Shown: positions 56,933 through 64,000 of the stretch, piece by piece
Position numbering within the stretch: the first letter of the stretch is position 1
Layout of the letters: each line of letters opens with the position of its first letter
Origin: Candidatus Woesearchaeota archaeon
GTDB lineage: Archaea > Nanobdellota > Nanobdellia > Woesearchaeales > ARS49
Reading direction: 5' to 3'
NCBI GenBank assembly: GCA_016188265.1
Contig: JACPID010000005.1
Coordinates: forward strand, 38,126-102,125
DNA length: 64,000 bases
Translations under genes and position numbers: made by a program
Notes under the pieces: generated by a model
The model's input: the letters and a program-made list of their open reading frames with translations, nothing else
The model's database searches: none
What the model was told of the DNA's origin: nothing

Positions 56933-57106
56933 TTATGCTTTAATCTTTGTTCTTCTCCAGGATCGTTTAATTACAGTATGTCTTCCAGGATGTATTTTCC
57001 TTCCTTTGCCATATTTTTTTGGAACTGTCCAGACGGGCGCCCATCTAGTTTGCCTGCCTTTTTTGCTTAATCTTTTCTTTCTTGATAAGTGTTTATATCT
57101 TGCCAT
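56933..57106 (-). CDS. rpl39e: ribosomal protein eL39 (57 aa)
   Basis: The reverse-strand translation MARYKHLSRKKRLSKKGRQTRWAPVWTVPKKYGKGRKIHPGRHTVIKRSWRRTKIKA matches L39e; absent from the ORF track (under 60 aa). Confidence 0.75.
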   Translation of the reverse strand: MARYKHLSRKKRLSKKGRQTRWAPVWTVPKKYGKGRKIHPGRHTVIKRSWRRTKIKA

Positions 57107-57112
57107 TTTTTT

Positions 57113-57373
57113 TTAAAATGTTATTTTTGTTTTTCTTTTTCCAGCATCAATCAATTTAAGCAGTTCTTTAAATTGATCATCACTTATAATTGTTATATTT
57201 TGCTTTTCTATTACTTGTGCTATTATTGCCAATGATTTTATTGCAATATCAGGATGTGCAATCTTAAGATTGCTATACCGCACAAGTGCTTCTTTGCTTA
57301 AGTGCGGCTTGATAAATGCTTCAAGTGCGTTTATTTGTTTTTGAATACTTTGTTGTTCTTCAAGATCGCTCAT
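57113..57373 (-). CDS. PDCD5/TFAR19-like dsDNA-binding protein
   Basis: Its size and its position between rps19e and rpl39e match the conserved archaeal cluster; helical K/E-rich sequence. Confidence 0.5.
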   Translation of the reverse strand: MSDLEEQQSIQKQINALEAFIKPHLSKEALVRYSNLKIAHPDIAIKSLAIIAQVIEKQNITIISDDQFKELLKLIDAGKRKTKITF

Positions 57374-57795
57374 CTTTTTTTAAGCTGATTGCTTGCTTTA
57401 TCAAGTAAAGATAATCCTTTAGGCGATATTATTCTTCCTTTATGTGTTTCTTTTTTCTTTTGCACTGCAAGTCCTGCTTTTTCTAGTTGTTGTAATATTT
57501 TTCGTGCAATACTTCCGCTTCCAGCATAACGGTGCTCTGGCTTATGCCCTCTGTTTTTATTTCCGCCATATTTTTTACGAAGTTTTGAAACACCAATTGG
57601 TCCAACTTCATTTAATCTTCTAAGTATTGCAGCTGATCTAACATACCACCAGTCTTTTCTTGTGGGAGGTTTTTCTTTAAAATGTCCTGTTTTTGCAAAG
57701 CTTCCCCATTCAGGCTGCTGAATTTCTTTGAAATTTTTTAGTTCTTCAGCTACTTTTTCTATAAGCTGAGTTTTTGATACATCTGTTATTCCCAT
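57370..57795 (-). CDS. rps19e: ribosomal protein eS19
   Basis: PEWGSFAKTGHFKEKPP...WWYVRSAAILRRL...GGNKNRGHKPEHRYAGSGSIARKILQQLE. Confidence 0.8.
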   Translation of the reverse strand: MGITDVSKTQLIEKVAEELKNFKEIQQPEWGSFAKTGHFKEKPPTRKDWWYVRSAAILRRLNEVGPIGVSKLRKKYGGNKNRGHKPEHRYAGSGSIARKILQQLEKAGLAVQKKKETHKGRIISPKGLSLLDKASNQLKKR

Positions 57796-57884
57796 TATAT
57801 TCGGAAGAATAGTATCTTATTTAAAAAGATTTCGTCGAATAATATACCTCAACAATTAAAAACTTTTGTATATTTAGCAATAAA

Positions 57885-58661
57885 ATGAAGATAATAAGTA
57901 TTCCTTGTTCAGAGGGAGGGCTAATGCCTGGCAGAGGCAGTGAAAAGGCTCCTGAGAAAATTGTTCCTCTGCTTAAACAGTTTTATGCAAATGAAGAAGG
58001 CCAAACTCATTCATGGAGTGAAGAAAAAATAACGGTTGTTAAAAATAATATTCAAGAAACATTTTCAAACATTAAAAAAAATATTCCAGATGATAAATTC
58101 ATTGTAATCGGAGGCGATCATTCCATTACTTATCCTGTTTTTGCTAAATTTCTGCAAGCAAATCCAAATTCAGCTATTATTATTTTTGATGCTCATCCTG
58201 ATATGATGCAATCATTTGAAGTGCCAACTCATGAAAATTGGTTGCGCATGTTAGTTGAAGAAAATAAAATTAAGCCAGAACAATTATTTTTAGTTGGCTT
58301 AAGAAATTGGGATAAAGAAGAGTACAATTTTCTTTTTAAACATAAAATTCAAATTTATCCTATGAATATAATTTCTCAAGACGGTATTATAGACGTTTGT
58401 GATCATTTGATGAGTAAAGTAAAAGAATTTCCAGCATTGTATGTTTCAATTGATATTGATGTATTAGACTGCGCTTTTGCACCTGGAACAGGATACCCTG
58501 AGCCCGGAGGATTAACTACAAGAGAATTACTTTATTTTTTACAACGATTAAAAAAATTAAAGAATTTTCATTCTTGCGATTTAGTGGAAGTTAACCCAGA
58601 TAAAGATATGAATGATCTAACTTCAAAAACTGCTGCTAAAATAGTCTTTGAACTATTATAA
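57885..58661 (+). CDS. arginase/agmatinase-family ureohydrolase
   Basis: GGDHS, DAHPD and SIDIDVLDCAFAPGTGYPEPGGL motifs. Confidence 0.6.
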   Translation: MKIISIPCSEGGLMPGRGSEKAPEKIVPLLKQFYANEEGQTHSWSEEKITVVKNNIQETFSNIKKNIPDDKFIVIGGDHSITYPVFAKFLQANPNSAIIIFDAHPDMMQSFEVPTHENWLRMLVEENKIKPEQLFLVGLRNWDKEEYNFLFKHKIQIYPMNIISQDGIIDVCDHLMSKVKEFPALYVSIDIDVLDCAFAPGTGYPEPGGLTTRELLYFLQRLKKLKNFHSCDLVEVNPDKDMNDLTSKTAAKIVFELL

Positions 58662-58742
58662 ACACAAAATAATTTTTCATAGAAACATTTATATACAACC
58701 TATTTCATCTTAGTTGTTATTCATTCTTGAAGGGTTTAATTT

Positions 58743-59381
58743 ATGAATAAAGAAGCACTGCTTAAAACAGGAACAACTACTGTTGGACTTGTATGCAAAG
58801 ACGGTATTGTACTTGCAGCAGATAAGAGAGCAAGTACAGATATGATTTCAAGTAAGAAAGAAGTAAAAATTGTTGAAATTACAGATAATGCTGCAATTAC
58901 AACTGCAGGATTAGTTTCTGATATTCAATTATTAACCAAACTTGTTAAAGCAGAAGTTAAGCTTAAAGATTTGCAAGTTAATAGAAAAGCAACAATCTCT
59001 GAAATTGCAAATTTATTGGGAGGTTTGATGTATTCAAATATAAGAAAATTTTCCACTATTCCGGGAATTGTTGGATTTTTGCTTGGAGGAAAAGATGATG
59101 AAGGAAATCATCTTTATGACTTAGGGCCTGATGGTTCTGTCACAAAACATGATGATTATTCTTCAGAAGGTTCAGGAAGCGTGTTTGCACTTGGTGTTTT
59201 AGAAAGCACTTATAAAAAAGGCTTAAGTGTTGATGAAGGAGTAAAGCTTGCAGTTAAATCAATCAATACTGCTATTCAAAGAGATTATCATTCAGGAAAT
59301 GGTGTTGATGTTATTACTATTACAGAAAAAGGCATTCAATGGGTTGTTAGAAAAGAATTAAATCCAGTTCTTGAAGCCTGA
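58743..59381 (+). CDS. psmB: proteasome beta subunit
   Basis: Propeptide, then TTTVGLVCKDGIVLAADKRAS with the catalytic Thr at the processing site. Confidence 0.85.
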   Translation: MNKEALLKTGTTTVGLVCKDGIVLAADKRASTDMISSKKEVKIVEITDNAAITTAGLVSDIQLLTKLVKAEVKLKDLQVNRKATISEIANLLGGLMYSNIRKFSTIPGIVGFLLGGKDDEGNHLYDLGPDGSVTKHDDYSSEGSGSVFALGVLESTYKKGLSVDEGVKLAVKSINTAIQRDYHSGNGVDVITITEKGIQWVVRKELNPVLEA

Positions 59382-59423
59382 TTAAATCATGTTCTAGTAT
59401 TAAATTATTTTTTTAGAAGAAAT

Positions 59424-61319
59424 ATGGTATCACAAATCATTAAAGAAATACTAAAGCAGTTACCAGCAGAAAAAATATCAGATACAGCTTTTGAAGCTGC
59501 GAACATTGTCTTGTATACAAAATATAAAGATTATTTTCTTGATAATGAAGGCACTATTAGGAATGTTGTTGCTGAGTTTAAGAAAAGAGTAGAATTAAGG
59601 CCTGATCCTAGTATTGTTGAAGATCCTGAAAAAGCTGAAAAGAAAATCAAAGAAATAATTCCTGAAGAAGCAGGCGTCACAAGTGTACATTTTGATGTTC
59701 CAAGAAGTATTGTTGTTATTGAAGCAGAAAAACCAGGACTTGCTATTGGAAAACAAGGAGCATTACTGCGTGAGATAAGAGAAAAGGTTTTATGGGTTCC
59801 CTTTATTAGAAGAACACCGCCTATTCGTTCTATTTTAATTGAAAACATCAGAGAAGTATTATATCGTGCCAGTACTGAAAGAAAAAAATTTTTGGATAAA
59901 GTAGGGCATAGAATTTATGACGGTTGGATGCGTGAAAAGAAAAATGAATGGGTTAGGCTTACATTTTTAGGAGGTGGACGCCAAGTTGGAAGAAGTTGTT
60001 TGTTCTTGCAAACTCCTGAATCAAGAATTTTAATGGATTGTGGAATTAATGTAGCAGCATTAGGGCAAGAACAGTTTCCATATCTAGATGCTCCTGAATT
60101 AGATATCAAACAATTAGATGCAGTCATTGTAACACATAGCCATGTAGATCATTCTGGATTTGTTCCATATCTTTTCAAGTTCGGTTATGATGGCCCTGTG
60201 TATTGCACTGCACCCACTAGAGACGTTATGAGTTTGCTTCTTCTTGACTATGTTAAAATTATGAAAGGAGAAAATAAAGAAGCAATTTTTGATACTGATG
60301 ATATAAAAAATATGGTTAAAAACACTATCTGCGTAAACTGGGAAGAAGTTACAGATATAACTCCAGATGTACGCATGACTCTATATAACAGCGGCCACAT
60401 ATTAGGTTCTTCAATGGTTCATTTACATATAGGCAATGGACTTCATAATTTTCTTTATACTGGAGATATGAAATTTGGACGCTCTCAACTATTAGAACCT
60501 GCACATACTCAATTTCCAAGGCTAGAAACAGTTGCTATTGAAAGTACTTATGGTGGAAGAACAAACATTCTGCCCCCTACAAAAGAACAAGATGAAATAT
60601 TAGCAAGCATTATTAAAGAAACTGTTGCTAAAGGCGGCAAAGTTCTTATGCCTGTACTTGGCAGTGGAAGAGCCCAAGATGTTATGGTAATGGTAGAACA
60701 GTTAATTAGAAATAAAGATCTTGATCCAATACCAGTGTATGTTGATGGAATGGTATGGGATGTTACAGCAATTCACACAGCTTATCCTGAATTCTTGAAT
60801 AGAGAATTAAGAAAGCTTATTTTCCACAAAGATCAAAATCCGTTTTTATCAGAAATATTCAAACGTATTGGAAGCCAAAAAGAACGAATGCAAGTTATTG
60901 AAGAATCAGGGCCTTGCATTATTCTTGCGACTAGCGGCATGTTAGTTGGAGGGCCATCAGTTGAATACTTAAAGCATTTAGCAGATAATCCTAGAAACAC
61001 ATTAATATTTAGCTGTTATCAAGGCGAGGGAAGCCTTGGACAAAGAATACAACAAGGAGAAAGAGAGATTATTCAAAAGACAGGTAATAGGCAAGAAGTT
61101 ATTCCAATAAAAATGAATGTTGAAAGAATTGAGATAAGTGATCATTCAGATAGAAAACAATTAATGAATTTTATGTTTAAATGCACTCCGAAACCAAAAA
61201 AAGTAATTGTTAATCATGGAGAGAATACTAGAGTTCTTGATTTAGCATCGAGCATTCACAAACAAAACAGAATAGAAACAGTAGCTCCAAGAAATTTAGA
61301 AACTTTAAGATTAAAATAA
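59424..61319 (+). CDS. aCPSF1 (KH-domain beta-CASP metallo-beta-lactamase RNase)
   Basis: N-terminal KH region, the HSHVDHSG MBL motif, beta-CASP motifs; 631 aa. Confidence 0.85.
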   Translation: MVSQIIKEILKQLPAEKISDTAFEAANIVLYTKYKDYFLDNEGTIRNVVAEFKKRVELRPDPSIVEDPEKAEKKIKEIIPEEAGVTSVHFDVPRSIVVIEAEKPGLAIGKQGALLREIREKVLWVPFIRRTPPIRSILIENIREVLYRASTERKKFLDKVGHRIYDGWMREKKNEWVRLTFLGGGRQVGRSCLFLQTPESRILMDCGINVAALGQEQFPYLDAPELDIKQLDAVIVTHSHVDHSGFVPYLFKFGYDGPVYCTAPTRDVMSLLLLDYVKIMKGENKEAIFDTDDIKNMVKNTICVNWEEVTDITPDVRMTLYNSGHILGSSMVHLHIGNGLHNFLYTGDMKFGRSQLLEPAHTQFPRLETVAIESTYGGRTNILPPTKEQDEILASIIKETVAKGGKVLMPVLGSGRAQDVMVMVEQLIRNKDLDPIPVYVDGMVWDVTAIHTAYPEFLNRELRKLIFHKDQNPFLSEIFKRIGSQKERMQVIEESGPCIILATSGMLVGGPSVEYLKHLADNPRNTLIFSCYQGEGSLGQRIQQGEREIIQKTGNRQEVIPIKMNVERIEISDHSDRKQLMNFMFKCTPKPKKVIVNHGENTRVLDLASSIHKQNRIETVAPRNLETLRLK

Positions 61320-61373
61320 TTCATTCGATTATAATCGAAAGATTTATATAATTCACTCGATTATACTCTAGTA

Positions 61374-62657
61374 ATGAAAGATCTTCTTTTCGAATGGAAC
61401 CCTTGGTGGACAGAACAGTATTCATTTAAAGGAATTGCCAGAACCAAACTTAGTGACGTTCTTCCATGGATCCACAGAAAAGAAATCGTATCCATAGTAG
61501 GAGTGCGAAGAGCAGGAAAGACTACTTTACTGTTTGAAATCATCAGCCACTTAATCAAAGAAAACAAAATAAGTCCAAAGAACATTCTTTTCATCAAAGC
61601 AGATGACGACCGAGTTACCAAAAATGGAATTATAGATCAAGCTCTCGACGAGTACCACAAATGGATCAATCCCTCTTCTAAAATCTTTATGTTCATCGAC
61701 GAAATACAAGAAATAACCAACTGGCAAAAAACCCTCAAGAGAATATACGACCTTCAACCAGACCTCAAAATATTCATCTCCGGAAGCAACGCATCACTCC
61801 TAAAAGAAGATCTGGGTTCTTCTCTTGCGGGAAGATTTGCTTCATTTGAAGTCTTTCCATTTAGCTTTTCTGAATACCTCCGAGCAAAAGGAATAAAAAT
61901 AGAAAACAACACGTTAGTTAAACACAAAAACACCATACGACATCTTCTCTTAGAATACATCAGTACAAGCGCTTTTCCTGAAGTCATCCTAGAAGCAAAC
62001 GAAAAAATGAAAAAAGAACTCATAACCTTCTATTTTGATTCAATATTTTACAGAGATGTCATCAAAAGAAAAGAAATACGAAACCCCGCCAAACTCGAAA
62101 AACTCATAAAATACTTCCTACAAAACATATCTAGTCCCGCCAACTTCACCAAAATCGCAAAACTACTCGATCTAACAACAGACAGCGTCGTCGAATACAC
62201 AAAAGCACTAGAAGACGCATACCTTATATTCCAAATAAACCTCCTTGAATTTTCCTATAAAAAACAAATAATAAATCCTAAAAAAATCTACTGTATTGAC
62301 ACGGGAATACGAAATATTATAGGCTTCAAATTCTCAGAAGACATAGGAAAATTATACGAAAACACTGTTTTCATTCAACTGAAAAGAACAATAAAAGAAA
62401 TCCACTATTGGAAAAATAAATACGAATGCGACTTCATCACAAAAGAAGGCAAAAAACTAAGCGCAATACAAGTCTGTTACGATATTACCAACGCTAAAGA
62501 AAGAGAACTAAAAGGACTCTTAGAAGCAATGCAACAATTCAAACTAACCACAGGGCATATCATAACAGAAAACTACGAAACAGAAGAAAAAATAGAAGGC
62601 AAAAAAATAAAATACACCCCTTTGTGGAAATGGCTGATAACAAGTGATAAAAAATGA
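61374..62657 (+). CDS. COG1373-type AAA+ ATPase (AAA_14 / DUF4143)
   Basis: N-terminal NPWW motif and Walker A GVRRAGKTT; codon usage is clearly C-ending, unlike the rest of the window. Confidence 0.65.
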   Translation: MKDLLFEWNPWWTEQYSFKGIARTKLSDVLPWIHRKEIVSIVGVRRAGKTTLLFEIISHLIKENKISPKNILFIKADDDRVTKNGIIDQALDEYHKWINPSSKIFMFIDEIQEITNWQKTLKRIYDLQPDLKIFISGSNASLLKEDLGSSLAGRFASFEVFPFSFSEYLRAKGIKIENNTLVKHKNTIRHLLLEYISTSAFPEVILEANEKMKKELITFYFDSIFYRDVIKRKEIRNPAKLEKLIKYFLQNISSPANFTKIAKLLDLTTDSVVEYTKALEDAYLIFQINLLEFSYKKQIINPKKIYCIDTGIRNIIGFKFSEDIGKLYENTVFIQLKRTIKEIHYWKNKYECDFITKEGKKLSAIQVCYDITNAKERELKGLLEAMQQFKLTTGHIITENYETEEKIEGKKIKYTPLWKWLITSDKK

Positions 62658-63766
62658 CTCAAATACTTCACTCTCTTTCCGAGAAGAACATACAGTCCCT
62701 TTGCGGAAATGTGATCTATCAAAGGGGAAAAGAATATTTCATAGATAAAAGAGTTAGGAGGATCCGCTTTGACGGCAATACAGTTATCGCAGAAGTTGTT
62801 GGCAACGACGTTTATGAAGTCGAGATCAGCGGTTTGAATAGCGTAAAAAAACTTCAGGAATTGAACTGTTCCTGCTCCTGTCCCTATGAAGGCCTGTGCA
62901 AACATGTTGTTGCAGTTCTCATCCATCTTTACAAGAATAAGACCAAACGCGGCGTAAAAAATATTGGTCTTGATTCTGTTACAAAAGACGAGCTTGTACA
63001 GATTATCAGCACTCTTATCAAAGAAAGCCCATCGCTTGCAAACCGGATTAACATTCTTACTCAGACAAGGATCCTCAATCAAAAAGAAATAGATAAAAAA
63101 CTACGATCTCTTTTCTCAGACTCAATTGACTACAAATCGATGAACTCCTTCATAAAGGAACTGAACAGTTTGAAACGAGTCATTCTCCTCGCAGCCAAAC
63201 AAGACTACAAAAGAGCAAGATCGATAGCTGAACAGATCATTACGCACATTTTAAACCCGAACAATTACGTTGATGATTCAAGCGGGAAACTAGGTGATTA
63301 TCTCTACGAGTTGCTAGAGCTTACTACCACGTTAGTCAAAACTGACCAAGAACGCGAGGAATTCACCAACACATTTTTCCCCATATACATCAACGAAGAC
63401 ACAGGATACGGCGATACACTGGGAGAGATACTTATCAAAATTAATAAACAAAACCTTACTTTTCTTGAAACATATTGTCTCCGACATCTTAATCAAATAA
63501 AAACATCCAAAACCAAAAATAAAAAACAGAACCTGTACAGAATCGTCTCGTTATTGTTAGGCATCTATGACGAGACAAACGACCCAGACAAATACATTGA
63601 ATTATGCAAACAAAATCTCTCCGAATACGACAATATGCATCTTGTCGATAAACTCATCGAACTTGGAAGAACTAAGGAAGCACTCCAAACCTGTCTCGAG
63701 ATAAAAAAGACCAGAAAAGTATCTCCCTATATTCTCAAGAAGATTGAGGAACTGAAAAACAGCTAA
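62654..63766 (+). CDS. SWIM zinc-finger domain protein
   Basis: CSCSCPYEGLCKHVVAV matches CxCxnCxH; ATGA-coupled to the ATPase; the same atypical codon usage. Confidence 0.55.
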   Translation: MTQILHSLSEKNIQSLCGNVIYQRGKEYFIDKRVRRIRFDGNTVIAEVVGNDVYEVEISGLNSVKKLQELNCSCSCPYEGLCKHVVAVLIHLYKNKTKRGVKNIGLDSVTKDELVQIISTLIKESPSLANRINILTQTRILNQKEIDKKLRSLFSDSIDYKSMNSFIKELNSLKRVILLAAKQDYKRARSIAEQIITHILNPNNYVDDSSGKLGDYLYELLELTTTLVKTDQEREEFTNTFFPIYINEDTGYGDTLGEILIKINKQNLTFLETYCLRHLNQIKTSKTKNKKQNLYRIVSLLLGIYDETNDPDKYIELCKQNLSEYDNMHLVDKLIELGRTKEALQTCLEIKKTRKVSPYILKKIEELKNS

Positions 63767-64000
63767 AAAACCATTGGAGAAATCTGCAGATACTTCAAAC
63801 TCTTAGCACAAAAAGGAGTACATTGGTTAAAAAAAAAGCAAAAAACCTAATACAACTCAAAGAAATACTAAACAAATATGTTCTAGTAAAAAACGCAAAA
63901 GTCTAGGAAACGGTCAACATCAACTAAAGGTAGCTTTTTTTTTCGAAAGTTTTAAATATACATACGTATAATAATGTATAATAATGTTGAAGCTTGTGTT

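Noticed and set aside
1-64000. CRISPR arrays, rRNA genes, transposase/IS elements
   Set aside because: No regularly spaced direct repeats, no rRNA-like conserved stretches and no DDE/HTH transposase ORFs were seen. The only mobile element identified is the intein.

Overview
This window is AT-rich (roughly 30% GC by eye) and comes from an archaeon: it carries aEF-1alpha, uS10, L15e, S17e, L31e, L39e, S19e, Alba, Cbf5, a proteasome beta subunit, aCPSF1 and an archaeal-type GlyRS. Gene density, Shine-Dalgarno use and coupled ATGA overlaps suggest a small-genome (DPANN-like) lineage. Housekeeping genes include transketolase, UMP kinase, YvcK/CofD-family, PGI/PMI, agmatinase-like and CoaE-like genes, plus three tRNAs, one of which has two introns. 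Between them sit several accessory modules. (1) A Bat-like operon: two vWA membrane proteins, a MoxR AAA+ ATPase interrupted by a 522-aa LAGLIDADG intein, and a DUF58 protein. (2) A surface module: an AbrB-like regulator, a 1318-aa sequon-rich glycoprotein, a paralog of its C-terminus, a ParA/MinD ATPase and coiled-coil membrane proteins that share a TM plus coiled-coil tail. (3) Directly adjacent, a cluster of one wHTH-fused KaiC-like ATPase, three P-loop-less KaiC-like paralogs, two tandem RHH proteins and a palindromic operator. I consider this the best candidate for an undescribed signalling or conflict system. (4) Toxin-antitoxin-like pairs (DUF3368 PIN with UPF0175; MNT with HEPN) and a decayed PIN remnant. 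(5) Bacterial-looking features: lipobox lipoproteins and a protein with two Fis-type HTH domains. (6) At the 3' end, a compositionally distinct island with C-ending codons encoding a COG1373 AAA ATPase and a SWIM zinc-finger protein. No CRISPR array and no rRNA were seen.
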